From contig NW_026250409.1 in assembly GCF_024521635.1 (NCBI RefSeq), positions 868,001 through 932,000 on the forward strand: a stretch of DNA of 64,000 nt, read 5' to 3'. Within the stretch, counting starts at the first letter, position 1, and every line of letters begins with the position of its first letter. Below the pieces are notes generated by a model that was not told where the DNA came from, did not search any database, and saw nothing but the letters and a program-made list of their open reading frames with translations. This document shows positions 39,364 to 52,382 of the stretch, in pieces. This stretch comes from Tricharina praecox (taxonomy: Eukaryota). Position numbers and translations under genes: made by a program.

Positions 39364-40771
39364 TTTTTTCTTTGCTTGCTTGGTTGTCTGGCGAGGAGTT
39401 TGGTTTTTACTGGCGGGGAAGGACCGAGGGGGGGCAGGCCGAGGCAATAGCACCGAGACCTGCAAATACCAAAGCCCAAAATGCTAGACCAGTGACTACA
39501 GTGATTACAGCGGCATCCTCACTATTCCCAATACCTATCTACTAACTACCCAGTTACTCCGCATCTACTATAACTACAGAACTGCGGGCACGATTGGTTG
39601 CCATCCGCCGCCCACCGGTACATACCTTATACCTAGGTCCCAAACCGTGAGCGCAACTGCTCCTGGTCCTGGTTGCTCGAATGCGAGGCTTCGTATGGAT
39701 GAGGTATGTACCGACAAATGTAAGGGACCCGACTGATTCCTTGGCACCGGCACCGGCACCGGCTAATCCCTCACATGACATGAACGTGGTTTTCGAGCCA
39801 ACGCGCAAGTGTTTCGTTGCGAGCGGGTGTGCTCGGAGTTCACTACTGGTCACTCGTGGAGCGAGTGATATGGTATGATATAATTATAGGTTTCGTCGGT
39901 ATGGAGCACCGTACGTGGAGTACTGTACAGCGGTGTGGACACTGGAGATATATATAGTGCCGGACGGTGGTCCTCGTTCTTGTGAGGTTCTCGGGGCTGG
40001 TAGAGGTGGAGGAGGGGTGGAGGGGATACATACAGACACTACCGTATGGGCAAAAGGTACATACCTGGGCCATCCGATCGACATCCAGATTTTATCCCTT
40101 CGGGTTCTTCATCCCGTAGTAGGTATTGGCCGTACTGTACGTATATTGGTCCCTTTTACATGGGTGCCTACTTACCATGTGCCTGTGCGTACGGAATGGA
40201 ATTATCCACCTCCGTTGGTGATCTTCAGCGGCGGCGGCGGGGTGGTTGACGACGGGTGACGGGTTGACTATCTCTACACCTTTACTCCAGTTCAAGACTG
40301 GTGCTATAGGTTTGGACGCCGTAAGGAGGAGCTCCTTCACGTTAGAATAGGTATACCGCCATTCCATCCATTGTTGAAACTGAGAGAAGAACCTGACTTG
40401 ATTGACGTGACGACACAAAAAAAGACGAGAATGACGAGAAAGAAGCCTGCTTATAAAGGGAAACAAGCTCATGTAAACAACGAGATGAAGCCTCGACAGA
40501 GAATACGACGAAGGCCGTGAAGACAGCTCATGCTACGATGCAAAAGGATAAAGGACAGAGAAAAGTAGCAGTGACACCAGAATGGGTACTTGGAACCTAG
40601 GCAATGAGACGCATAATTCCAACATACCTATTATCCCTCCATCCGAGTGCTGCTCCATGCACCTACATCCCGTCGTCATCCCTCGCCAACCCGCCCAGTT
40701 TTCCCGCCAGCCCACCCATGCTTTCCTACCCAGCTGTCCCATCTTCAAACAAAAAAAAAACAAAAAAATGA

Positions 40772-40853
40772 TGATGTCCGCAGGATTCGAACCTGCGCGG
40801 ATTGCTCCACTAGCACCTGAAGCTAGCGCCTTAGACCACTCGGCCAGAACACC
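40772..40853 (-). tRNA. tRNA-Leu(CAG), intronless, copy 3
   Basis: Identical 82-nt sequence, followed on the minus strand by long T runs. Confidence 0.96.
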
Positions 40854-41659
40854 GTGCTGAGGAACTTGGTCAGGCTACACATATTGTGCCATTCTGTCAT
40901 ATCATCCTGTCAATCATCCTCGAGATCACAATCGCTGTCTGCCTGCCTGCCTGCTTTGTCCTCCGGAGCACACGGAGGAACTTTGAGGTCTGCCATTCTA
41001 GAGTACCAGTGACTGCGTAGGTAGGTACAGCAGTAAATACACCCATCCACCCATCCCCCCATCCCCTCAATCTCCAACCTCCAACCTCGCCTTTCCTCGC
41101 CCCTGCCGTCCTTCCGCTCCTCCCTCCCTCCCTCCCTCCCTCCTTCCATCTTCCGCACCGTGAAAGTAGGTAAGTAGCCAAACAAAACTAGAAATCGAGT
41201 AGGTACCGTATTCATACAGCCAACAAGCAAGCAAAAAAAACGCACAATGAAACCTCTCCCCCGCCCCCCCACCAGTAAATTAGAAAAGAAGTGATAGACC
41301 TCGATGCTACAGATGTTTTTTTTCTGTCCTCAAGCCTCCTCCGCCTCCGCCGCCGTCCCGCCAAAGTTAAAGTACAGAGTAGAGTGATTGCTTCAGGGTG
41401 AGAGAGAGTGACGGAAAGAAAACGGAAAGAAAAACGGAAAGAATACCGTCTGCAAAACAAAACAACAAAAAACCCAAGATACTCCGCAAGATCAAGTACA
41501 TACCAGCAGACAACAGACCCCCCTCGCTTGCTAGCCAAAACACAAGAAACAAACCTACCAGTAACAAGGAAGACGGCAGAAAAAAAGAAAGACACATCTC
41601 GAAGAGAACCTCGCGGTCAAAGTCTTTCCAGCAGTGGAGGGGTAGAACAACGCGCGTAT

Positions 41660-43945
41660 CTAACGGCGCGGAGTCGGGAAAGCTGGCACTGACATGCCGT
41701 TTACTTGCATCGTGGGCGTTCCATTGGGCGTCATCATCGGATGATGGGGCGTGCCAGGATGGTGACCGTTGGCTGGAGGGTTTCCAGCGCCTGGAGCCAT
41801 GACGAGGGGACTACTAACCATCATCTGCCGGCGCATGGCATTGGGAGTCTGCGCCACGGGCTCCGGCGGGGGAGACATCATCTGAGCGCGGAACTTGATG
41901 GATCTGTGGGAGGTTTAGCAAGAATTCCATGTAGGGAGAAGGTAAGTCAGCAGGCAACTGACGCATCATTAAACGGGTCAACTGTGAACGTTACGTCTTC
42001 GTCCTCGTCACTGTCATAGTTGTCGTACTTCATACGGTCAAGGACCAGAGGATCGGCGTTTTCTTTGGCGATACCGGTACATCCTATTCGGTCAACGAGA
42101 ATACGTCCACCACGACCGACCCGGCGACGGTATCTTGGTAGATTTCGTGGCGGTGGCTTCCGTGGAGAGGCCTGAATAATTGAGACCATCCTTCCCACCG
42201 AAGAACCAGCGTCGGACTCCGGTGAGATAGGCGTAGACTCGGCGGAATGGGGAGGACTAGGAATATAGTGGGTCTGCACGCTGCAAAAAAAACTCGACGG
42301 AGGTTTCAGCGTCGGATCGGGCGACTTATACAAGGCGCCCAATGTCACATCCGATACGTTATACTTGACTATCGCACGCAACGATTTTCGCATCGAACCA
42401 TACTTCTCCAGCCTCTTTTTCTCCTCCTCCGCCCGCTGTGTGGTTAGTTGCCGCAGATCGGCATCTGGCGGCTTCCCGTCTTGTCGAATGGGTATCCGGA
42501 GGGTGGGGGGTGCTTGGGGCTCCGTTCTTTGCCGTTTGGGCTATGGCCGCGAGTTAAGTCTCGACCGAATAAGTTGGAACTACGGGAGGAACCTACGCCC
42601 AACTTATTTATGAGGTCTTCATCCGTGTCCTTGATGTTGAGCTTCCGCTTGAGATCGATAGCAGTTCGGCGCTGTTCAAAGATCTGCTTCTCCAAGACGA
42701 AAGTCGTGCGACGCATGATCTCTCTCTGCAAGACGTCTCTGACCAGCCCTCGCGCAGTCTCGAACTCCTGTCTGATCTTCTTGAGTTTATCGGTGCTCGA
42801 AGCGTCCGTCCTCCTCGTCTTTCGCGGTAGGCGGACCTCGCGGCGTCTGAAGCAGACATACGGGTCACCATCGTCTTTCTCTCCTTGCTCGAACTGCACG
42901 CACGGGGAGTTAGCACTATGCACGAACCAAACAGAAGCAAGCGGAAGGGAAGAGGGATATAATAAGTACAGGAATCAAACCAACCTTGAGGGAAGGAATT
43001 ATGGTGCGTCCACTCCGATTGACCTTCTGCTCTCTCCAGTACGTGTAAATGTGTTTGGCCACAAGCTTCAGAGCGGTATCCAGTGTCTCCTCAAAAGCAT
43101 GTTCCAGCTCCTCGAACGGAATGATGTTCGTGACATCCATGGAGAGATACGGCTGAGTCTGCTGGATCGCACTCTCATACAGGTCCATGATGGTCTCGAA
43201 TTGATCCTCGGTGACGGGCGGAAGGCCGGGTGCTCTCGACTCGTTGAGCTTCGCGAGGTATTGGTCGTCCGTCTCGGACATGCAGTACTGTGTACCGCAG
43301 CAGTCCTCGACCGTCGCCGACGACCGAATGTTGCCCCACGGCTTCTGGAATCGCTTGGGATACAGTTTGCCATAGCGCTCCGCAGACAGTTCGGTTGTAT
43401 TGGGTGTCGGGATCAGGACTTTCTTGGGGTCTTTGGAGCCAACAGCCGCAGCTTGATGTGCCGAGATCGCAGCTTGGAGATGGTGTTCCTATACGGCCAT
43501 GCGCGAAGTGTTAGCCCAGGCCGATTGATATCGCGTGACAACGCGCGTCAAAATCGCTCCAAAAAAAGCCCGGCGATAGTGCGGATTCCCCACGAGCTAA
43601 GAACACAAGGCTCGTTCTCGCTCTCTTTCTCCTATTTCTTCCCATATCTCCCGTTGAGATGATTGGGAGTCCCTTTTTAATCGGAACGAGGGTTGGGGTT
43701 TCTTTTTCGTTGTGGTTTGTTCATCGTTCGCGTTCGGCCAAAAATAGCCGAAGAGGGGGCAGCAGCAGGAAAGGGGGACAACGTACGGTCTCCTCTTGTC
43801 GTTCAACACCAGTCTCTATCTGAGGGATGTTCCTCTGTCCATCATCGTCTACAGAGTCTATTTGGTTCTCTCGGAGAACCGCAAGACTCTGTTTGTTGCT
43901 GAGTTTTCGCACACGAAAACGGTTTCCCGGCGCCGACCGAGTCAT
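41660..43945 (-). CDS. EPL1: Enhancer of polycomb-like protein (NuA4/piccolo NuA4 subunit), spliced
   Basis: RFRVRKLSNKQSLAVLRE, IETGVERQEETEHHLQAAI, LIPTP, IRSSATVEDC...YCMSETD, HIYTYWREQK, DPYVCFRRREVRLPRKTRR, YRRRVGRGGRILVDR. Confidence 0.95.
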
Positions 43946-44761
43946 CGTAGCCGTAGGTAGAGTGAAGTAGGGTGGCGACTCAGCGCGCGCGCCGCGAGTG
44001 GGGAGGGGGGGTGTGTGGTGAGTAGCCGGGGGGGGGGGGTGCGAAAAAAAAAGTCCCCTGCAATATCGGATTGAGTCGAAAGCGCGTGACGGGAAGTATC
44101 GTGAAGAGGAGTAAAGAAGTGTTGATGAGGAGGTTTGTTGCGGCCGTTGAGCGTGGGAAATACGGGGAGGCGTGGTGATGCTCCCCTATTTTTATTTTTT
44201 CGCGAGGAGGAGAGTGTACGGCGGTTTGCCACTAGTTGGTCGCAACAGGCCAGTCAATGCTGCCGTTGCGAGGGCGACGCTGCGGCGTGGTCGCCCGGCC
44301 ACTCTTGCCCATGTGCGTTGCCACCACAACAACCTTGGTAACGCATAGAAAGTGGTCGAGCCGCAGCCTCAGCCACAGCTACAGATCGACGATATGGCGG
44401 GGGCGGCTGCGCGGGGAGACCAATTGTCGCGATTGCAACCCAGCGTGAGGGAGAAAGGCGGGATAGAAACTTTGCGTGCTTGAGCCATTCCTGCGCGCTT
44501 TCGACCGAATAAGTCTCAAGCGTGAAGTATATAATAACAGGTACGTAGTATGAGCACAGAAAGTATGAGTATGTGTAGCCGCAGGCAGCTCTCGCACTCG
44601 CATTACCGTGCATACAGACTCTACGCGCGTCTATGAGCTCGAAATCGTATCTAGGTATACGAAAGGGTACTTTTCGAGGCATTTGGATGCATATGTACGT
44701 ATTCTTCGACAACAAAGAAGACGACGAGCGATACGTGCGCTTTCGAAGGGAAGAACGACGA

Positions 44762-45185
44762 GAGAAGATCCTCTGAATGCCATGCAGCCGCCCAAGCGCA
44801 GAAGCGGGCACAGAGTGGGACCATACCCGATGCGGTCGCCTCAACGTTGAGATGTTCTCTGATGCTATTTTTGTGTTCGATTAATCAGCTGGTCTGTCAT
44901 TCAAGACACGAGGCATCAGACATTATCACCACCGCAGACATTATCAGTTTAACATCGCGGAGAAACTTTGAGATTGTTCGGCCCGAAGAACACAGGCTGC
45001 TTTCTTTTCTTGTGGCTTTCTAGTCAATCCGATCAGTCTCACCAGCTGCCCGTACCCATCGCAGGTCTCTCAGTATGTACTGATCGTGCACAGTATAGGT
45101 ATCATAAGTGGTGAGTACTCAGCTACGGCGAGAAGATGCTCGGAATACCCTGCAGCCGCCCAAGCGCAGAAGCGGGCATAGAGTG
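44762..45185. repeat. 56-bp direct repeat pair (44762-44817 and 45130-45185) in the EPL1/CNB1 divergent intergenic region
   Basis: Identical 28-bp core TGCAGCCGCCCAAGCGCAGAAGCGGGCA; 5 mismatches over 56 bp. Confidence 0.9.
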
Positions 45186-45987
45186 TCGTCCGTCGACGAG
45201 TGGTATTGAACGAGCATCCTATTAGCGACACTTGCGGCGAGCGACGAACGGCTCTAGAAATTGCTCGGAGAGCCGGACATCGTGAACGATTTAGCATTGT
45301 GAGTCCCGTCCCGCCGGGGACATGTACAGGCCGACGGGACGGGCCCCAGTATCGGGCCGGTGATACAAAGCCCACAGCCAGTACGTACCGTACTCTACAG
45401 TCGTGCGAATCACCTCCGGCGCGGCCCGCGCTTAACCACTCCGCAGCACCCGCCGTGCACTCGCGCGATCCTCCCCCGCCAAGATCCCCCTCCCCCGAAA
45501 AGTGCAGTCCAGGCCATCCTCCGCTATCAGCTATCACGGACACCGTGCGTTCGTCCCATTCGTTCGTCCGGCCGGCCCTCTTGGCACCTAGCAACGTGTG
45601 GTGGTGTGGCCTCGCGCGCAAAAAGGAGAAAGAAAGTGCGCATCTGTCGCTCTTTGTGGAGCTTCCTACATATTCTACGAACACACAGCGAGCCGCGCAG
45701 CTACCTACTCTGCCTACCTACTCTACATAAAAGCCCCGTCAGGTCCCAAGTGAACAACGGAAGCTGCACCGCATACAACCACCACACAACCACATAACAC
45801 ACGCACAACACACTCACAACACACGCATAACACGCGCACACCCCACCCCCGCATTCAGCCTCCCTCCCATCCATCTCCCGTCCAACGTCCAACCTCACCT
45901 TAACACCTTAACACCTCAACACCGCCGAGCCTCCTTCCCCATCTCCATCCCACCGAACCAAACACACAACCGAACTCAACCCAAGCC

Positions 45988-47121
45988 ATGGGACAGAACC
46001 ATTCGCTGATGGACAGCATCGTGTCGGGAAGCAACTGTCAGTTCCCCTCGCTCTCTCACGTCCTCCTGCCCTCTAGATCCAGTGGGAGAAGGTCAAGAAG
46101 AAGATGGATAGCTGACGAGCGCGATGTTTGGGGGGATTAGTCGACCATGAGGAAGTAGACCGTCTCCGCAAAAGATTCATGAAGCTGGACAAGGTCCTTA
46201 CCCCTCCCCCTTATCAACGGCCGTGAATCCCATCCTGACCCGCGCTACAGGATAACTCCGGTACGATCGAGCGCGAAGAGTTCCTGAGCCTGCCGCAAGT
46301 CTCATCGAACCCACTGGCGACACGGTACCCATCCCCCCGCCCTTCCCAGTTTTCACACTAACCCCTCTAGAATGATCGCCATCTTCGACGAAGACGGCGG
46401 CGGCGACGTCGACTTCAAAGAGTTTGTGTCGGGCCTGAGCGCGTTCAGCAGCAAGGGCGGCAAGCAGGAGAAGCTCCGCTTCGCCTTCAAGGTGTACGAC
46501 ATCGATAGGGACGGCTACATCAGTAACGGCGAGCTCTTCATCGTCCTCAAGATGATGGTCGGAAGCAACCTCAAAGATCAGCAGCTGCAACAGGTATGTC
46601 TTTCCGTTTTCTGTGCGCGCGCGAGTTTGCTTTTAGAGAAGAGGAGAGGCGGGGCGGGGCGATGGTTGTACAACCCCCCCCAACCCCCCCAACCCCCCGC
46701 TTCCTCGCATCGCGCGCCTTGGGTGGAAGGTGGTGGTGATCATCACCTTGGTGCGAGGCGGGGCGATGCGAGGCGATGATTGCCTACAATCCCACCCCCC
46801 TCCCTCGCATCCCTCGCATCGCGCCTTGGCTGGAAGGTGGAAAGTGGTGATCATGACCCTTGCCCGTGACCTTGCCCGTGACCTTGCCCTTGCGAGTTCG
46901 CTCGTGAGGGGGGAGGGGGGGAGGGGCATGGTGTATCACCAGGTACACTTCGCTTTGCCGGTTCTCTAGGGCTGACGAGACCCGCTCTGCTACAGATAGT
47001 CGACAAGACGATGATGGAAGCCGACGAGGACCTGGACGGCAAGATCAGCTTCGAGGAGTTCTGCAAGATGGTCGAGCACACTGACGTCTCGATGAGCATG
47101 ATGACGCTGGACTCGTTCTGA
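45988..47121 (+). CDS. CNB1: Calcineurin regulatory subunit B; four introns
   Basis: MGQ (myristoylation-type N-terminus), [25 protein letters not shown], four EF hands ([36 protein letters not shown]), [20 protein letters not shown]. Confidence 0.98.
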
Positions 47122-47967
47122 GCAGCAGCAGCTTCCTCCCCCGGTCTACGATCCCCGGTCTTCCCACTAGAGGGAGGGGAGGGGATACCCCGCCATAAAC
47201 ATTCCTCTTGCTTGCTTGCTTGGTTGACTGGTTGGGCTGTACTGTTTGTTCTGCGTGTCGTGATTACTTCCGTCCTTCCAGCTTCCAGCCTGCCTACCTT
47301 CGTACAGTAAAATCTATTCCCGTGGCCCCCACCGTTCCTCTACAAAACAAAACAAAACGAATCAACACAACAATAAAAAAACAGTACAAAACAATCAAAC
47401 AAACAACCGTCCCACCCCACCCCGTCCTATCCCAAGTCCCGCGACACGCCCACCCGCCCACCTCCACTTCCCCACCCACCGTGCCCCACCGTGCCAAATG
47501 ATAAAAGTACAGTCTATACAACCACACCCCATGAACTCCAACAGATATACCCCGAAAGCCTAAACACCTGTGACGCGAATACCGAAATACCGAATGCGTC
47601 TAGTAATGAAACAAGAAAAGGATAAGGAAATGATGCGGAGAAATCCCCAAACCCTCCCCCAACCCTCCCCTCTCCTCTTCCTTCCCCCTCGTCGTCCGCC
47701 CAATGAGATTTTGGAAAATGGTAAGGAAGAGAAAGCAAACCCCCCATCCCCCCATCCCCCCTCCACCCCTCCCCCCAGACTTGACCACCCACCCCCAGCC
47801 AACCAGTCAATCCCAGCCCTCCTCCTCGCGTGTATTGTGTGTATGTGGTATAGAACATAGGGAAAAATCTAAGGTCGTTTGCTTTTCGTCGTAAATAGTC
47901 GCTCTCTTCGTGTCTCTCATGCCTTGGTATGTAGGTAGGTAGGATGTAGGTAGGTAGGCCTCGCGCG

Positions 47968-49279
47968 CTAGCGGGTGGGATGTCCCCGGCCGTTGGGCAC
48001 AGGTGCTGGTGCTCCACCATCATTTTGCGCCCCTGCCGCAGTCCCCTCCAGCAGATCCAAGCATTCCGATATGGCTATGTCCATCCGTGAAGTCAGTAAC
48101 TGTCAAAAAACATGGGGGAATTGCCGATGCTGCAGACGACTGCACTGCACTGCACGCAATGCACTAGGCGCTTACCGTCGATTATCTCTTCTTCCCAGAC
48201 ACCCATCTGGTAATCCACCAACCCATGACCTTCCATGTTGTCGCAAAGCCGAACCAACTCCCGGCCCATTCTCTCCAGGAAATCTTCCCTCAACAATTCC
48301 CTGGGTGCTTGCGGTGCCTGTCCGGTAGAGACGTATTCCTGGAGCATTTCCTTCTCCTTGTGCAGGACCGACAGCCAGCATGTATTGAACTCGTTCCACA
48401 GTCTTGTGCGGTCTCCGTGTAACTCCTGTTCATCGCGCACTAACCCTGTCGCTACCGTCTCAGCGAGCCATTACTATACAACATTCAAACCGAGGGGGGA
48501 ATCATCATCTCTCTCGCAGAGCGCACAAAACAGTGAACCGTGCTCCGCGAGGTGGGTGGGGGCGGGGGAAGGGGGAGGGGGGAAAGGGGAGTGAGATGAG
48601 TGAGTGGTTAGCACGTACCTAGTTCCACAGCATTCGACAACAACCAGTCGGATATCGTGAGGAGAGACGCTCCGGCTTCCCCAAGTCGACCTTCGCGCAT
48701 GTTCTGGAATGTCCTCTTGAGGGCGCCTTGGTACTGGGCGTACGCCTCGTCTAGGGCCGCAGCTTGGTGTTGGGTCGCGTACTCGGGGTCCTCCGCCGGC
48801 TCGGATGCCGCTACTGGAGCAGGCGGATTGAGATCGGGGATGCTGGAGGTGTATGGATGGGGTAGGCGCGCCGCGGCGGGGCTGTACTGCCCGTAGGACG
48901 GACTGGAAAACTGACCAGAAGATTGCTGCTGGTGTTGCTGGTGCTGCTGCTGGTGATGTGGGGTGGAAGTGGGTCCCACCGGAGTGGGCGAATCGGCTGA
49001 AACGTAGTACTGAGCTCCACCAGAGAATTGACTCGAGAGAACCTCAATTGCAGCGTTCTGACGGGGCGGATACGACTGCATGGGGGCGTAGGTCTGGCCA
49101 GACGACTGTGGCAAGCCGTACTCCATATTGCTACCGTATGGGGGGTATTGCTGTTGTCGGGCCTGCGAGTCCTGTGCGTAGTCGTGTTGGTAGGTTATCG
49201 GGTTGTAGGACTGACCACTGTACGGATGGTCGCCGGTTTGTCGCGCAGACGGTTGCCGGTCACGATCACCTTCCTCCAT
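47968..49279 (-). CDS. Uncharacterised protein: Q/P/Y/S-rich N-terminus plus helical C-terminal domain; two introns
   Basis: ALDEAYAQYQGALKRTFQNMREGRLGEAGASLLTISDWLLSNAVELG|LVRDEQELHGDRTRLWNEFNTCWL...LVRLCDNMEGHGLVDYQMGVWEEEIID|AISECLDLL. Canonical splice sites keep the frame. Start codon uncertain. Confidence 0.8.
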
Positions 49280-51525
49280 ACCCCGAACTCTGTGCTCCAC
49301 TGTTGTCCTGTTGGGGTACCAGGTGGGTTGACTCTGCCACGCGGGCAACGACTGCTGGGCAGTAATAGTCGTCAGTGTGACGATTTTTTTCCGGGAATGA
49401 TGGTGATGGTGATGTTGTCGTTAGGGTGCTGCTCTCATGCGGATTCCTGCACGGCTGGTGGTCTGCAACGCACAGCGTAGTGGTCTGGGACTGTGACGGA
49501 AGGAAACGTGTCCGTGATGTGGTTGAATGATCGTGTTGGTGGTGCAGACAGTGGTGGTGGCGGCGGTGGTTGAAGGAAGGAATGTTGGTGTGTCCAGCAG
49601 AGGGTGTTTCGGTGCATTACCGTAACCAGGGAATGCCGGGAAACTTATACGGGTTGGTACTAGATCCAACAATGACAGGTGTACGGCAGCTCCGGGAGAG
49701 ACCAGAGCCAGTGGGGATGTCGAGCGCCTGTCTGTTGGCATTCACAGGCACCACCAGTGTGCTGACCTTGTTTCGTGGCTCCCGTTCGCCGAAGACCCTA
49801 GCTGGTAGTGGTTTCGGGTTTCTTGCTTGTTCCTTCGCGTCCGTGGACCACGGTTGGTGTTGGGATTGCGGCTGGTGGTAGTGGGGGTGGTGGTGGTGTC
49901 GGTGCTGTTCCTCTGGTGTTGCTGTCGGTGTTGTCGTCGTCGTAGACGTCCAAAGAGAGTGTGGTCTGGCTCAGCCACTTTGATGTTGCAACAAATGAGG
50001 ATGGTGAAGGATGGTTGGTGGGGCAGACTGAGTGCCACGATGGAGGACAAGTCTTTGTATGCTACTTGCTGGAGGTATTCTCAGGACCCGATTGCATAGT
50101 ATGACGAATTTTGGATCCGTCTGGGCCGGGACGGGGGGGGGGAGGAGAAAAAGAAAGAAGAGCTGAAGCAGGGACGTTTCTTTCCGAAACGACAAGAGAT
50201 GTGTGGTGCCTTCGAATAATAATAGGTAGCCTCGTCGCCAGGCTGTCCGTCTTGTCCGTCCTGTGTGTCTGAAGCTAGCCACGGGCTTACTGCAGGGCAG
50301 GCAGATGAATGAATTTCGGCGAAGCGTCTTTCGTTGCCGCGTTCCTGCAGGGAAGGCGGAGAGTTTTTGTTTGGATTGGAATTTTTTGGGGATTGGGGGG
50401 GGGGGGAGGGGAGGGGAGAGCGGGAGGAAGGAAGAGCAGGAGAGAGGAGACGGGAGGGGGGCTTTGGGATGAGAGTCGAGGGGGGTCTTTTTTTCACTGT
50501 CGGCGGGAGCGTGTAACAGGACCGCGGGCGGGAGGGCACAGGGCGGGTTTGCGGTTGACCGATGAGATGGGACGAGAACGGATGTGGATAGTCAGAGCAG
50601 GCAGGCAGGCACAGTAGGCAGTCGAGGTTGGAGGTTAGAGAGTTTACTAGTGAGAGGACCTTCAGGTCCATGTAGGTCCTCCTTAGATGCCTAGAGGGGG
50701 AGGGCAGGGTCCGGAACGAAAAACAGGCGCAACGAAATGAATGGGTGCATGTGGGCTAATAATTCCCATACCTGGGTCCGCAGTGGCAGCAGCACCGCAA
50801 GTGTATCACAGCAGGTGTATGGCAGCAGCGCCGTTATGGGAGGCCGATGGAGCATCGGTAGAGCATCTTGGGGGCAGGGGATTTGTGTAAGGAGTGCGAA
50901 GTGGGCGTATGGAGGGAGCAGCGCAGGGATAGGGAGCAGACCGGAGAGTGCAAGTAAGCAGGAAGCAAGCACGCAGGAAGTAGACGAGCAAGCAGACAGG
51001 CAAGCAAGCAAAGGTCCTCCCCTCGTACACGCCGTAATGAGATTGACTGCCCCCCGTAGGCCATTTCCAATCGTCCGCCCTCCTTCCCCTCCTCCTCATC
51101 GTCGTCGTCCTCCTCCCTCGTCGACGATCGTCCGCTTCCTTCCCACCCAGCACCGGCTGCTCCACCTGCTCCGGCACGCTTTCCCATGACCTCCTCCTCA
51201 CGATGGCCACATCCCGCGTCTGGCCAGCGCCAATTGACCAATTGCTAGCACCCCACCCCCCTCCCCCAATTGCACGCCGCCATCACGAATGCGCCCCACG
51301 GAATGGGTGGATCGGACTGGCCCGGCGCGGACGGAGATGTTGATGCTGTCGCCAATAGATGACATGCGGGCAAGGTCATCGGCATGAGGTCTGGCCATTG
51401 TCGCTCCATGGCGTGGGGCGAGCGCCAGGTACGAGAACAGGTTCGATGGATGTCAGGCCGTACGCGGACAGCCAGTCAAGTGAAGCCCGAATGCTACGGC
51501 TGCTACTGCTGCTGCTACCGCCGGC

Positions 51526-51556
<31 letters not shown>

Positions 51557-52382
51557 CTGAATGTTGGTCGAGTGAAGTCAGTCGACGTCGTCGTTGCTGT
51601 ACACATATTTCGGTCTTGTCTTGCATACAGTGGAGTATGGATGGATGATCTACAGCAATTGCCGCCGGGTTCAGTCCGCCTGGCTGCAGCAGCGAATGGC
51701 GATTCTTCCCTTCGATCACACCCCGACCAACCCTTACCTCGCTTTTGACGTTCTCTACACCGCCACCATCGTCGACTTCGACAACTCCCCACTCACCACC
51801 ACCACGACTGCAGCCGGACTCGGTAGCACAGCCAGAACAACCTCATCATCATCATCGAAAACCACCTGGCACGAGAGCACGAGCACCGACACATACACAC
51901 ATTTCGTCCCATTCTCGGTGCGCGCAGACACGCTCAGGCACACACGCAACACTCACTCCCACATACAACACTCACGCATACATACAACAACAACACTCAC
52001 GCATACATACAACAACAACACTCACACACACCCGAATCCCCCAGCCTCTTTTTTTTCTTTGCGCGAGTACTACACATACGTGTGTTGAGTGTATGTACTA
52101 CGTAGAGTAACAACTCACAGGAAAAGGAAAGCAGTCGACCCGTGTGAAACTCGGCGGGCACTCTACATGTGGTTGAGCGAAGATCTTCCCGACAACTCGG
52201 AACAGGGCGCACACTCCTAGCGCGAGTTCGTAATTTCTCCTGCACGCCAACGCCATGCCCATTGCGGCTGCTGTGTACCCTCCCCCCCTCCCCCCCTACT
52301 GTCTTTACTTGCCGCGCCCGCCCCAGATCGCTATGACGCAAGCTGCTGCCATGCAACCAAAACCAACTTTTTGACGCAACTC

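Noticed and set aside
40092..40763. Gene between the inverted tRNAs via readthrough of the TAG at 40533
   Set aside because: The two in-frame ORFs show no recognisable domain, codon bias or splice structure.
21047..40853. tRNA-derived SINE family
   Set aside because: Identity stops at the tRNA ends. There is no shared 3' body, tail or target-site duplication.
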